Positions 37,272 to 47,386 of a DNA stretch of 64,000 bases are shown one piece after another. Position numbers and translations under genes: made by a program. The notes under the pieces were generated by a model. It was given only the letters and a program-made list of their open reading frames with translations. It made no database searches and was not told the origin of the DNA. Origin of the DNA: Gemmatimonadales bacterium (GTDB lineage Bacteria > Gemmatimonadota > Gemmatimonadetes > Gemmatimonadales > Gemmatimonadaceae); NCBI GenBank assembly GCA_038259155.1, contig JBBSPE010000002.1:723-64722 (forward strand), written 5' to 3'. Within the stretch, counting starts at the first letter, position 1, and each line of letters begins with the position of its first letter.

Positions 37272-39434
37272 ATGTTTCGCTCTCTTACGCTCCGCGCCAA
37301 GATCCTGGCCCTCCCTGCGGTGGCCGGCATCGGTTTCCTCGTGACGCTGGCCGTCATCATGACCCTCGGCCTCAAGGCCCAAGGGGAACAGCAACTCATA
37401 GAGACGGGCTATTCGCCTGCCTTGCAGCTCAGCCAGCGTCTTGAACGTTCGCTGGAAGACTATCAGCGGGCGCTGCGCGACGCCGTGGGCGCGAGCGACA
37501 ACGCTGCCGTAATCGCCGCCGACTCGCTGTCAGCGAGCTTCGCGAGCATCGCGGACTCCCTGCGCTCGAATGCCGTGGTGCAGCCGGAGGCTGTGGACAG
37601 CTTGTCGTCCGCCTTCACGGAGTACGCCCGGGTGGCGAGAGAGACGAGCCTCGGGATGATTTCCGGCGACCTCGAACTCGACCTCGTGTCGGGCATGCAG
37701 GCCATGCGCTCGCAGTACGCGGCGCTCGCCGATACGCTGTCCTCCCGCACGATCACGGAAGAGGCGCGCATTGCGACGGCCTTCGCGACCGCCCGCACCC
37801 TGCAGCGTTCGACGCTGTACGGATCGGCCGGTGTGCTCGTGATCGCCCTTGCCCTGCTCGCGGTGCTCACCGTGGGCACGCTGCGGAATGTGCTCGGCGC
37901 GTTGCGCGAACTGTCCAACGCAGCGAATGGCATCGCCATCGGGCGCATCGAGCAGAACATCGACATTCACACCAAGGATGAAATCGGCGCCGTGGCCGAC
38001 GCGTTCCGCGGCATGGTCGCGTACATCGGGGACATTGCACACGCCGCAGATCGTCTCGCGGTGGGGGACCTCGATGCTGCCACCGTCACGCCGCGCTCGG
38101 AGTCGGATGTGCTGTCGCGCAATGTGAACCGCGTGAGCGAGGCGCTCCGCACCGTAGTCGGTGAGATCAGCAGCACCATTCGTGGCGTGGAATCCGGCAA
38201 CCTGTCCACCCGCGGTTCGGCCGCCAAGGTGGAAGGGGCCTATGCGGACGTGATCAAGGGGACAGGCGCGATGCTTGACGCCGTGAACGCCCCGATCGAA
38301 GAGGCGCGCACCGTGCTGGCGCGCGTGGCAAAGCGCGACCTCGCCGTGCGCATGGAAGGGGACTACAAGGGTGACCACGCGGCCATCAAGGACTCGCTCA
38401 ACGCGGCGCTCGCCAATATCGGCGAGGCGTTCGCCTCCCTCACGTCCGCCGTCGCACAGGTGAACGCCGCCGCGTCGGAGATCGGATCGGGCAGCCAGGA
38501 CCTGGCGAGTGGCGCGTCGGATCAGGCCGGCTCGATCGATCAGGTCTCCAATCGTCTCGTGATCGTTGGCGAACGGACGAAGGCCAGCGCTGCGGATGCG
38601 CATGAAGCGCGGGCTGCCATGGAGCGGGCGCGGACCGACACGGAACAGGGTGTCGAGCGCATGCAGGCACTCGCTGAAGCCGTGACGGACATAAAGAAGT
38701 CCGCCGACTCCACGGCCAAGATCGTCAAGACCATTGATGAAATCGCGTTCCAGACGAATCTGCTCGCGCTCAATGCCGCGGTGGAAGCGGCCCGCGCGGG
38801 TGACGCCGGCAAGGGCTTTGCGGTGGTCGCGGACGAGGTGCGCAGTCTTGCCATTCGCGCGGCCGAAGCGGCGCGCAACACATCCGCGCTCATCGAGGAA
38901 TCGGTGCAGAAGACGGAAGTGGGCGTGAAGCTCAATGACGGCGTGCGCCGTCGTCTCGAAGAGATCCGGACCGGCGTGGAGCGTGCGAGCACCATGATGG
39001 CCAACATTGCCGACGGTGCGCGCGAGCAGGAGCAGGAGCTGGAAGAGGTGACGAGCGCGATCTCGCAGATCGCCCGGCTCACCCAGCGGGTTGCCGCGAA
39101 CGCCGAAGAGTCGGCAAGCGCGGCGGCCGAGTTGCAGGCACAGGCCGGCGAGATGCACGACATGGCGTCGCAGTTCATCGTGGACGCCAGCGCCTCACGT
39201 TCCGAGTCACGCGGTGCGCACCCGACGACTCAGCCGTCGGCAGCAGCTGCGGCGCGATCTGCCGCTCCAAGCCAGCGCAAGTCACGCGCGGCCACGCCAG
39301 CCGTCGCAGCCGGACGGCGCGGCGCTACGGCGTCGTCACGTGTCACCGCGAAGCAGGCGGCCACGGCGCCGAGTGACGCCGAGAGCCTCATCCCGTTCGA
39401 CGACGAAGACTCGGATATTTTCTCCGAGTTCTGA
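37272..39434 (+). CDS. Methyl-accepting chemotaxis protein
   Basis: The start is at [28 protein letters not shown] (TM1). It has HAMP-like segments and a highly conserved signalling hairpin ([40 protein letters not shown]). A long Ala/Ser/Pro tail ends in DIFSEF. Confidence 0.9.
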   Translation: MFRSLTLRAKILALPAVAGIGFLVTLAVIMTLGLKAQGEQQLIETGYSPALQLSQRLERSLEDYQRALRDAVGASDNAAVIAADSLSASFASIADSLRSNAVVQPEAVDSLSSAFTEYARVARETSLGMISGDLELDLVSGMQAMRSQYAALADTLSSRTITEEARIATAFATARTLQRSTLYGSAGVLVIALALLAVLTVGTLRNVLGALRELSNAANGIAIGRIEQNIDIHTKDEIGAVADAFRGMVAYIGDIAHAADRLAVGDLDAATVTPRSESDVLSRNVNRVSEALRTVVGEISSTIRGVESGNLSTRGSAAKVEGAYADVIKGTGAMLDAVNAPIEEARTVLARVAKRDLAVRMEGDYKGDHAAIKDSLNAALANIGEAFASLTSAVAQVNAAASEIGSGSQDLASGASDQAGSIDQVSNRLVIVGERTKASAADAHEARAAMERARTDTEQGVERMQALAEAVTDIKKSADSTAKIVKTIDEIAFQTNLLALNAAVEAARAGDAGKGFAVVADEVRSLAIRAAEAARNTSALIEESVQKTEVGVKLNDGVRRRLEEIRTGVERASTMMANIADGAREQEQELEEVTSAISQIARLTQRVAANAEESASAAAELQAQAGEMHDMASQFIVDASASRSESRGAHPTTQPSAAAAARSAAPSQRKSRAATPAVAAGRRGATASSRVTAKQAATAPSDAESLIPFDDEDSDIFSEF

Positions 39435-39440
39435 TCGCCG

Positions 39441-39460
39441 CGCGTCGCTACGGCGACGCG
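39441..39460. terminator. GC hairpin (8-bp stem, tetraloop) between convergent MCP and peptidase genes
   Basis: The stem is cgcgtcgc-tacg-gcgacgcg. There is no U-tract, and it overlaps the peptidase stop codon. Its function as a bidirectional terminator is speculative. Confidence 0.3.
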
Positions 39461-40842
39461 AATCGGTCCAACAGCGTCGCCGCAGCACGCATCCCCTGAC
39501 GGAAGTTCTCCTCGGAGATCCATTCGTCAGGGGCATGTGCGTTCTCCCCCGGCAGTCCGAAGCCCATGAGCAGCACGGGCGCGCCGAGGATGCGCTCGAA
39601 ATCGCCCACTACGGGAATGGACCCGCCCTCTCCTGTGATCACGGGTGCCGTGTTGAACGCCGCTTCGAGCGCAGCGACGCCGGCGTCGTGCAGCGGGCCC
39701 TTGAGGTCCGCTCGCCAGGGCCGTCCGCCGTGCATGGCCGTGACCGTGGCCGCCACGCCTTTGGGCGTGACACGCGCCACGTGCTCCCGAATGAGCCCTT
39801 CGATTACCGCGGGATCCTGATTGGGCACCAGACGACAGCTCACCTTGGCCATGGCCACCGCGGGCAGCACCGTCTTGGCACCCTCGCCGGTGTAGCCGCT
39901 GAGCAGGCCGTTCACTTCACACGTGGGACGCGTCCACAACCGCTCCAGCACACTGAAGCCAGCTTCGCCGCCGAGGGCGGGCGCGCCCACCTCCTCGCGA
40001 AATGACTCCTCGTTGAACGGCAGCGTACGCATCTGCGCGCGGACCGCGTCCGGCCACGCCTGCACCTCGTCGTAGAAGCCGGCAATCGCCACACGCCCCT
40101 GCTCGTCGTGCAGCGTGGACAGAATGTGCGCCAGCGCCATGGCCGGGTTCACCACTGCGCCGCCGTACATGCCGGAGTGCAGGTCACTGGTGGATCCCCG
40201 TACGTCGATCTGCACGTACGCCAATCCCCGCAGCGACGACAGAATGCTCGGCACGCCCGGCGCGAACATCGTGCTGTCGGAAATCACGACGCCGTCGCAG
40301 CGCAAGCGCTCGGTGTTGGCCTCGAGATACTGTTCGAGATTCGCACTGCCAACCTCCTCTTCACCCTCGGCAAGCACGATCACGTTCACCGGCAGGGTGC
40401 CGCGCACCGCGAGGTGGGCCTCCAGCGCCTTCACGTGGAGGTAGAGTTGCCCCTTGTCGTCCACGCTGCCGCGCGCGTAGATGCGGCCATCGCGTACCTC
40501 CGGCGCAAACGCGGGGGAGGTCCACAGCTCCAGTGGTTCGGCCGGTTGCACGTCGTAGTGTCCGTACACAAGCAACGTGGGAGCGTCCGGCCGCGCACGG
40601 CGCCATTCCGCCAGCACGAGGGGATGACCGGGGGTCTCCTCCAGCGAGGCCGTGAAGCCCGCGTGTGTGAGACGCGCCGCCAGCCATTCGGCCGCGCGCC
40701 GACAGTCGCCACGATGCTCGGTGCGCGCGCTGACGCTCGGAATGCGCAGGAAGTCGAACAGCTCGTGCATGGCCTCGCCGTGGTGCGCGGCGAGCCATTG
40801 ATCGAGATCGGTCGGTACGGTGGCGGCGGTGGGAGCGGTCAC
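39448..40842 (-). CDS. M20-family metallopeptidase (dipeptidase/ArgE-DapE-like)
   Basis: LRIPSVSA, LLVYGHYDVQPA, ARGSVDDKG and LAEGEEEVGS are M20 motifs. There is no in-frame ATG upstream of these. A GTG at 40842 is proposed as the start, 38 nt after crcB. Confidence 0.8.
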   Translation of the reverse strand: MTAPTAATVPTDLDQWLAAHHGEAMHELFDFLRIPSVSARTEHRGDCRRAAEWLAARLTHAGFTASLEETPGHPLVLAEWRRARPDAPTLLVYGHYDVQPAEPLELWTSPAFAPEVRDGRIYARGSVDDKGQLYLHVKALEAHLAVRGTLPVNVIVLAEGEEEVGSANLEQYLEANTERLRCDGVVISDSTMFAPGVPSILSSLRGLAYVQIDVRGSTSDLHSGMYGGAVVNPAMALAHILSTLHDEQGRVAIAGFYDEVQAWPDAVRAQMRTLPFNEESFREEVGAPALGGEAGFSVLERLWTRPTCEVNGLLSGYTGEGAKTVLPAVAMAKVSCRLVPNQDPAVIEGLIREHVARVTPKGVAATVTAMHGGRPWRADLKGPLHDAGVAALEAAFNTAPVITGEGGSIPVVGDFERILGAPVLLMGFGLPGENAHAPDEWISEENFRQGMRAAATLLDRFASP

Positions 40843-40880
40843 GGGATGTGGAGTCTGAGGGAAAACGGCGTGATGGGTGT

Positions 40881-41270
40881 CTACGATCGCATCGCAGTGA
40901 GTACGCGGCCACCGACGGCAATGCCGGCCAGCGTGGCGAGCAGCGCCAGCGCGAGGCTGCCGCTCACATACAGAGCGGCACGCGCCATGCGCCCTTCCTG
41001 GGCCAGCGTGATGACTTCGGCGCTGAATGTGCTGAAGGTGGTGAAGCCGCCGCAAAAGCCGACCGTGAGCGCGATGCGCCATACCGGATCGACGGCGGGC
41101 GCGCTGAGTGCGCGCGCCAGCAGTCCAATGAGGAACGAGCCGACCACGTTGACAACGAGCGTGCCGATTGGAAACGCGGCCGTCGGGCGCAGCAGCGCGA
41201 GCCCCACGGCATAGCGAAGCACCGAGCCGGCCGCGCCACCCAGCGCGACGCCCAGCCAGGTCATGTTCAT
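40881..41270 (-). CDS. crcB: Fluoride ion channel CrcB/FluC
   Basis: 129 aa with 4 TM. GGAAGSVLRY, PIGTLVVNVVGSFLIG and GFCGGFTTFSTF are CrcB hallmarks. Confidence 0.9.
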   Translation of the reverse strand: MNMTWLGVALGGAAGSVLRYAVGLALLRPTAAFPIGTLVVNVVGSFLIGLLARALSAPAVDPVWRIALTVGFCGGFTTFSTFSAEVITLAQEGRMARAALYVSGSLALALLATLAGIAVGGRVLTAMRS

Positions 41271-41288
41271 TGCGCGCTCATTCCCGCT

Positions 41289-42872
41289 TCACTCCCATGT
41301 GCTCACCCCCATGGGCGGTATGTCCACGGCAATGCGGTAGAGCCACAAGCGGCGTTGCGTCACCACGCCGCCATTTCGCGTGAGGTCCACCGTGGCGCCC
41401 TGTCGGTGATCGCGAAACCAGGTGCTCACGACCGTGGCCAGCGAGTCGCCATGCGGCGTGGCTTCGAACGCCACCACCAGCCCGTCGCCGGGATGGACGC
41501 GGTCGTGCGCCGTGTCCCACAGGTCGTACTGGTTGCGGCGGGACGCGAGATTGAGCGCGAACACGGTGGGCTGGTCCGGCAGATGAAAGGCCAGCTCTGA
41601 CGCGTCCTGATAGCGGTTGGCGGCCACCCAGATGTTGGCACTGCCGTCAAGGAACGGGTCGCGGCGGGCCGAGTGGGCGGCCTGTGCAAGGGCGTCCCAA
41701 CCATAGGCGCGTCCGATCGGATCTCGGCGCGGTTCCAGCGGCAGCACGGGGCGCCAGGCCTGCAAGGCCACCACGGAGAGCAACACTGCCGCCAGCGCCA
41801 CGCCCGCCTTGTACCATCGACCATAGGCCCAGCGGCCAGCGCTGGCTGCGAAGAGCGCGACGGCAGCCGGATAGATCGGGGCCGGCCAGTTCGCCTCCAC
41901 CGACCGCTGCCAGGCACTCACGGCAAACACGCCAAGCGGGACCAGCGAGACCGTGGCCAGCGCGAACCGGCGCACCAGGATGTCGTGCGGCGACAGGCGC
42001 TTCCGCACCTCCCAGCCGTCGCGGAGCGCCAGCAGCACCGCACCCATGAGCAGCACAAACAAAATCGGGGACGCCAGCCCCAGCTGACCGCCCAGCAGTT
42101 CCAGTTCTCGGCCCAGTGGCGACCCGCGCGCCGGCGAGAAGCCATGCGAGAGCTGGAAGCGGAACGACACCCAGCCGTAATACCAGTTCCAGACTACCAC
42201 GGGCGCGAACAGCAGCGCCGACACCACCGTGGCCACCCAGGGGCCCGCTTCCGCGAAGCGTTTGCGCAGGGCCGGATGCAACAGGAACGCGATCGTGACG
42301 GCGACAGGCAGGATGGCCGCGGAGTACTTGGAGAGGAGCGCCACGCCGAGTGCGGCGCCGGTGAGCACCCACCAACCGAGTGCCGCGCCCGACCGCAAGA
42401 GCGACCCGATGGCACGGGTTAGGCAGAGGCAGGTCACGGCGACTGCCGCCAGAAACGGCGCGTCGGGGGTGGCGAGTACGAAACCGAGTGTGGCGAGCGG
42501 GAGCACCAGCATGAGCACCGATGCGCGAACGGCGGCGCGCGGCCCGCCCAGATGCGAGGCGAGGGCGATCAGGGCGCCGTGCGCCACCCCGCCCATGACC
42601 CATGGGCCCACCCGCACGCCGAACAGTGTGTTGCCGAACAAGTGCGTGCCGGCGGACAGAAGGAGCGCGATGCCCGGCGGATGGTCGAAGTAGCCCGCGT
42701 CGAGGCGGCGCGTCCACTCCCAATAGTAGGTCTCGTCCGGCAGGAGGGGAACGAGCCAGGCGAGCACGGCACGTACGGTGGCACCGGCGAGCCACCAACT
42801 GAGCGCGACGCGCCAGTACCGCCGGCTGGCAGACGGCGAAGGAGGCGACAGCGGGTCGTCGAATTGTGGCAC
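41289..42872 (-). CDS. GT39/GT83-like (ArnT/PMT-type) membrane glycosyltransferase
   Basis: LLPDETYYWEWTRRLDAGYFDHPPG, followed by many TM segments, is typical of ArnT/PMT-like transferases. No ATG is available. In-frame GTG 42872, TTG 42878 and GTG 42887 are candidate starts. The rest of the 948-aa track ORF is antisense to the Big_2 gene. Confidence 0.7.
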   Translation of the reverse strand: MPQFDDPLSPPSPSASRRYWRVALSWWLAGATVRAVLAWLVPLLPDETYYWEWTRRLDAGYFDHPPGIALLLSAGTHLFGNTLFGVRVGPWVMGGVAHGALIALASHLGGPRAAVRASVLMLVLPLATLGFVLATPDAPFLAAVAVTCLCLTRAIGSLLRSGAALGWWVLTGAALGVALLSKYSAAILPVAVTIAFLLHPALRKRFAEAGPWVATVVSALLFAPVVVWNWYYGWVSFRFQLSHGFSPARGSPLGRELELLGGQLGLASPILFVLLMGAVLLALRDGWEVRKRLSPHDILVRRFALATVSLVPLGVFAVSAWQRSVEANWPAPIYPAAVALFAASAGRWAYGRWYKAGVALAAVLLSVVALQAWRPVLPLEPRRDPIGRAYGWDALAQAAHSARRDPFLDGSANIWVAANRYQDASELAFHLPDQPTVFALNLASRRNQYDLWDTAHDRVHPGDGLVVAFEATPHGDSLATVVSTWFRDHRQGATVDLTRNGGVVTQRRLWLYRIAVDIPPMGVSTWE

Positions 42873-43142
42873 ACCCAATACTCGCACCCTGCCCGCGCAG
42901 GGCACACCCCCCAATAGGTTGCGGAGTGTTCCAGCCGCACCGCGAACTCCGCTCCTTTGCGCGGGTAGACACCGAGGGCGCGACTGGGTCAGCTTGTGAA
43001 GCGTCTGCAAATAGCTTGTGCCCGTGGCGTGACGGTTACCGTGCTTCGTCTCCGCGCGTCCCTGATTGTGGTCCCCCGTCCGGCCAGGTGGCCGTGCACG
43101 GGCTTTCCGAGTCATTCCTCCCAGTAGCCAGGATAGACCTGC

Positions 43143-44870
43143 ATGCGGGTCATGCCCACTTTCGCCGTTTCGCCTGTCCGTCGCGCGCTCGTTGCCGCGG
43201 CGGCGGTCGCGTCCCTCCTTGCGCTCTCCTCGTGCCGTGAGCTGATCACCGGCCAGAAGGAGGCGAAGTCCGTTTCGATCGCTCCCGTGAACTTCGAGGT
43301 GCCCGTCAACGGCAGCGTGAGTGTGATCGGAACGGCGTTCGACAAGGACGGCAACACCATCGGCGGCAAGACGATCAGGTACTCTTCGTCCAACTCGGCG
43401 GTGGCGACCATCACCGATCAGGGTCTGGTGATCGGCGTCTCGCCGGGCCAGTCGATCATTGCCGCCGAAGCCAACGGCGCACGTGGCGAGACCACGGTCA
43501 CCGTGGTGCCCGAGGTGCCCAGCAGCATCCTCGTCACACCGTCGCCGGTGACGCTGCGCGTCAACAACACGCGACAGTTCACCGCCACGCCGCGGAACGC
43601 CAGCGGCACCCCGATCGCCGGGCTCAACGTCACGTGGCAGTCGAGCAACTCGTCCATTGCGAGCGTCTCGTCGTCGGGCGAGGTCACGGCCGTGGCGTCG
43701 GGGAATGTGGTGATCGCGGCATCTGTGAACTCGGTCAGCGGCACCTCGCAGGTCACTGTGACGGAAGTGCCGATTGGCAACATCACGCTGGCGCCGCTCA
43801 CCAAGAGCGTTCAGGTGAATGAGCCGTTCATTCCCACGGTTACGCTGAGAGACAGTGCGGGGAACGTGATTTCCACGCAGGGGCGCACACTCAGCTGGAC
43901 CAGCTCCAACGAGCTCAACGCGACGGTGTCCAACTCGGGCGTCGTCACCGGGCGGCGCGTGGGGACGGCCACCATTACGGCGGCATCGCCCGCGAATGCC
44001 GCAATCAACGGCAGCATGGACGTCACGGTGCGTGAGCAGGTGGTGAGCACCGTGGTGATCACGCCGCGTACCGGCTCGCTGCGGCTCACGCTCCCGCGTC
44101 AGCTCAGCGCCCAGTTGCGGGACTCCATCGGGCAAAACGTCACCGGTCGTGTGGTCACGTGGACCAGCCTGACGCCCACTATCGCCAGCGTCAGCAGCAA
44201 CGGCAGCGCCACGGGCTTGTCGTTGGGCACCGCCCGTATCGCGGCCCGCGTGGATGACGCTGCTGATACGGTGAGCTTTACCGTGACCAAGATCCCGGTC
44301 GGTGAGGTCACCGTGTCACCGCCTCAGGCAAGCGTGATTCAGGGCCAGACCGTTACGCTGTCCGCCGTCGTCAAGGACTCGGTGGGATCGGAAGTCGACG
44401 ACCGACCGCTGGTGTGGCTCACGAGCAACCAGAACACGGCCAGCGTAGTGAACGGGGTGGTCACGGGCGTCAGTACGGGTACGGCCACCATTACGGCCAC
44501 GGTCGAGAACCGCAGCGACAACGCCACCGTCACGGTACTGCAGATCGCGGTGGATTCCATCCGGCTGGCCGATCCGGCCGATGTCGCGTTCAGCCTGAAC
44601 GGCGCAGCACCTGGCAACGCCAAGCAGGTGCAGCTGGAACTGCTCGACGCGCAGGGCGCCACCGTATTGGGCCGCAATCTGCTCGTGACGTCCTCGTCAC
44701 CAAGCGTCGCGAACGCGGCGTGGAACCAGAACACCCGCATCCTCACGGTCACCGCCACCAACGGCGCGCCCACCGGTTCTACCACCATCTCACTGCGCGC
44801 GCTCAGCCAGAACGGCAATCCGGAAGGCAAGACCACGCAGATCACCGTCTCGGTCACGGCCGCACCGTGA
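43143..44870 (+). CDS. Lipoprotein built of repeated bacterial Ig-like (Big_2) domains
   Basis: It has a lipobox (LLALSSC). About six repeats of about 85-90 aa follow the pattern V.V.P....L.VG.T.QL.A...D..G..I.G....W.SSN..VA.V...G.V.......G.A.I.A. Confidence 0.75.
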   Translation: MRVMPTFAVSPVRRALVAAAAVASLLALSSCRELITGQKEAKSVSIAPVNFEVPVNGSVSVIGTAFDKDGNTIGGKTIRYSSSNSAVATITDQGLVIGVSPGQSIIAAEANGARGETTVTVVPEVPSSILVTPSPVTLRVNNTRQFTATPRNASGTPIAGLNVTWQSSNSSIASVSSSGEVTAVASGNVVIAASVNSVSGTSQVTVTEVPIGNITLAPLTKSVQVNEPFIPTVTLRDSAGNVISTQGRTLSWTSSNELNATVSNSGVVTGRRVGTATITAASPANAAINGSMDVTVREQVVSTVVITPRTGSLRLTLPRQLSAQLRDSIGQNVTGRVVTWTSLTPTIASVSSNGSATGLSLGTARIAARVDDAADTVSFTVTKIPVGEVTVSPPQASVIQGQTVTLSAVVKDSVGSEVDDRPLVWLTSNQNTASVVNGVVTGVSTGTATITATVENRSDNATVTVLQIAVDSIRLADPADVAFSLNGAAPGNAKQVQLELLDAQGATVLGRNLLVTSSSPSVANAAWNQNTRILTVTATNGAPTGSTTISLRALSQNGNPEGKTTQITVSVTAAP

Positions 44871-46759
44871 CCACCACGCCGTCGTTCGTTCGCGGCCTCT
44901 TTGACGGCGAGCTGCACGACGGCCTGCTCTTCCCCTACCCGGCCCCGCTTGACGAGCGGGCGCCGGAGGACGCAGCGACCGCTCGGCGGCTGATCGCCGA
45001 GCTGCACCGACTCGTGGAGACCGGCGTCATTGATCCGGCGCTCATGGATGAACGCGAGGAGATGCCGGAGGCAGTGATCAAGGCACTGGCAGCCTGCGGG
45101 CTCCTTTCCATCTCGATTCCGCGCGAGTACGGTGGTCTGGGGCTCTCCGCCTCCGGATACGCGGCGGTGGCCGGCGCGGTGGCCAGTGTGGACGCGTCAC
45201 TCGCGGTGCTGATTGGCGTGCACTGCGGGCTGTGCTCCAAGGCCATTGTGCTGTTCGGCAACGATGCGCAGAAGGCGCGCTATCTCCCCATGCTCGCGCG
45301 CGGCGAAACGCTGGGTGCCTACGCGCTCACGGAGCCGGAAACGGGCTCGGACGCGCAGAACATCGTCTCGCGTGCCGAGCGCGCGCCCGATGGTCAGGGG
45401 TGGCTGCTTTACGGTCGCAAGCACTGGATTGGCAACGGACATCGTGCCGGTGTGATCGTGACGTTCGCACAGACGCTCGTGGAACGCGACGGCGCCATGG
45501 TGCGCCGACCCACCGCGTTCATGATCCGGCCGGACATGGCCGGATTCCGGGTGCACGGCACGGTGCGCAAGCTCGGCATTCGCGCGAGCACACAGGCCGA
45601 ACTCGTATACGACGGGCTGTACGTGCCCGACGATCACGTGCTGGGCGAAGTGGGCAAGGGCTTCAAGGTGGCAGTGCACGCACTCAACGCCGGCCGACTC
45701 TCCCTCGCGGCTGGCTGCACCGCCGGCGTCAAGCAACTCATCAGCGAGTACATCGCGTATGGCGAGCTGCGCGTGCAGTTCGGCGCACCGCTTGCGTCGT
45801 TCGAAGTGACCCAGCGCAAGGCAGCCACGCTGGCGGCCGACGCCTACGCCGCCGATGCCATGGTGGGCGCGCTCGCGGCCGCCCTCGATGGCGACAACGT
45901 GGATGCGTCGCTCGAGGCAGCCATTGCCAAGGTGTTCGCGTCGGAACTCATCTGGCGTGCGACCGACGAAATGGTGCAGCTCGCGGGTGGACGCGGCTTT
46001 GTGAAGCCATGGCCGTACGAGCGCTATCTGCGCGATGCTCGCATCAATCGCATTTTCGAGGGGGCCAACGAGATCCTCCGGCTGTATGTGGGGCTCAACG
46101 GCGTGCAGGGCCCAGCCGCGCAACTGCAGGAGCTGGCCGAAGCGCTCAAGAGTCCGCTCCAGCATTGGGAGCGGGTGGCGGAATACGCCGGCGATCGCGT
46201 ACGGTCGGCGTTCGGGCGGCACGCCAAGTTCTCGGTGGCGATGCATGCGCGGCTCGAAGCGCACGCGGGTTACGTGGAAAAACACACCGCCGAACTCGCG
46301 CAGTCCACCGAACGCGCCGTGATCCGGCACAAGAAACGCATTGTCGAACGACAGATGGTGGTGGAGCGGCTGGCCGACATGGCTGCGGAGCTGTACGCGC
46401 GCACGGTCACGATCGCGCGCACCCAGCGGCTGATCGAGGAGCGCGGCGTGGAGGGTTGCGCGCGGGAGCTCGACCTGTGCGACCTGTTCTGCGTGACATC
46501 AGGACGTCGCTTTCGCGAGCTGCGCATCGCCCTGCAGGAGGGCGGTGAGACCATCGATGATCGGCGCCGGAACATCGCGGCCGCGCTTCGGGCCGACGAG
46601 GGCTACCACATTACTGCGGCGCTGCTGGACGTGCCGGCTCTGCAACGTCCAGCGCCGACGATGACCCCTCCGCCTGCGCCGGGCACGGCCGCTCAGACCA
46701 ACGAAGGCGCGAAGATCGCATACCCCCATGGGGTACCGGAGTCCACAGCGGCGCAGTAA
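44867..46759 (+). CDS. Acyl-CoA dehydrogenase family protein (long, about 630 aa)
   Basis: YALTEPETGSDA, WIGNG, LNAGRLSLAAG and GGRGF..P.ERYLRDARINRIFEGANEI are ACAD motifs. Its GTG start overlaps the Big_2 stop (GTGA). Confidence 0.85.
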   Translation: MTTTPSFVRGLFDGELHDGLLFPYPAPLDERAPEDAATARRLIAELHRLVETGVIDPALMDEREEMPEAVIKALAACGLLSISIPREYGGLGLSASGYAAVAGAVASVDASLAVLIGVHCGLCSKAIVLFGNDAQKARYLPMLARGETLGAYALTEPETGSDAQNIVSRAERAPDGQGWLLYGRKHWIGNGHRAGVIVTFAQTLVERDGAMVRRPTAFMIRPDMAGFRVHGTVRKLGIRASTQAELVYDGLYVPDDHVLGEVGKGFKVAVHALNAGRLSLAAGCTAGVKQLISEYIAYGELRVQFGAPLASFEVTQRKAATLAADAYAADAMVGALAAALDGDNVDASLEAAIAKVFASELIWRATDEMVQLAGGRGFVKPWPYERYLRDARINRIFEGANEILRLYVGLNGVQGPAAQLQELAEALKSPLQHWERVAEYAGDRVRSAFGRHAKFSVAMHARLEAHAGYVEKHTAELAQSTERAVIRHKKRIVERQMVVERLADMAAELYARTVTIARTQRLIEERGVEGCARELDLCDLFCVTSGRRFRELRIALQEGGETIDDRRRNIAAALRADEGYHITAALLDVPALQRPAPTMTPPPAPGTAAQTNEGAKIAYPHGVPESTAAQ

Positions 46760-46767
46760 CGTGTGGC

Positions 46768-47253
46768 ATGCGTTCCTCGTTGCTGCGTCGCCCGTTGTCC
46801 GCCCTGCTTGGCCTGCTGCTCATTCCCGCGTTGACGGGAATGTGGGCCTGTCGCGCACCGGCAGCGGCCCACGGCACGCACACCGGCGCCGCCACAGCAG
46901 CTGGTGCATCCGAAGCATCCGCAGCGGCTGGTGCATCCGAAGCATCCGCAGCGGCAACTGCAGCGGCTCCCACACACGCTCACGCTCAGGTGCACCAACA
47001 CCCGATGGCCAGTGATGCGCCGTTCGCACCGATCGTGGGCGAGTTGGTGATTGACTCCGGCGATGCGTGTTGCCCGACACCCGGCCTGCCCACGCACTGC
47101 ACGACCTCCGCCGGCTGCGGAACAGCATTGGCGGTGGCCAGTGGCATGCCATCGCCACGAATCGTTCCGGCGTGGCGCGCCAGCATCGTGTGGCGTGCGT
47201 TCGCACCGCCTGGTCCGTCTCCCGCTCCCGACGTCCCACCTCCCAGGGCGTAA
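46768..47253 (+). CDS. Small secreted Cys/His-rich protein, hypothetical (weak resemblance to DUF2946/CzcI-like peptides)
   Basis: It has a signal peptide (LLGLLLIPALTGMWA). There is a His-rich stretch THAHAQVHQHPM and a Cys cluster DACCPTPGLPTHCTTSAGC. The C-terminus is Pro-rich (PPPRA). Confidence 0.5.
   Translation: MRSSLLRRPLSALLGLLLIPALTGMWACRAPAAAHGTHTGAATAAGASEASAAAGASEASAAATAAAPTHAHAQVHQHPMASDAPFAPIVGELVIDSGDACCPTPGLPTHCTTSAGCGTALAVASGMPSPRIVPAWRASIVWRAFAPPGPSPAPDVPPPRA
46900..46953 (+). repeat. Two tandem copies of a 27-bp unit encoding AGASEASAA in the small secreted protein
   Basis: Read directly from the sequence: gctggtgcatccgaagcatccgcagcg x2. Confidence 0.9.
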
Positions 47254-47386
47254 GTGATCGCGCGGCCAGTGTCCCGACCTGGTGCGCGCCGTTGGATTTG
47301 TGCTCCGGCGGACCTGTGCCGCCGTGGAGCGACAACGCTGCTTCGCGTGCCCCGAGCGCACGCGCAACTCACCTCCCGGAGCTTTC

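Noticed and set aside
41271-43142. A fluoride riboswitch could lie upstream of crcB.
   Set aside because: Only 18 nt separate crcB from the upstream gene. I could not find the conserved crcB-motif elements in the region upstream of the GT39 gene on the transcribed strand. This needs a covariance-model scan to be definitive.
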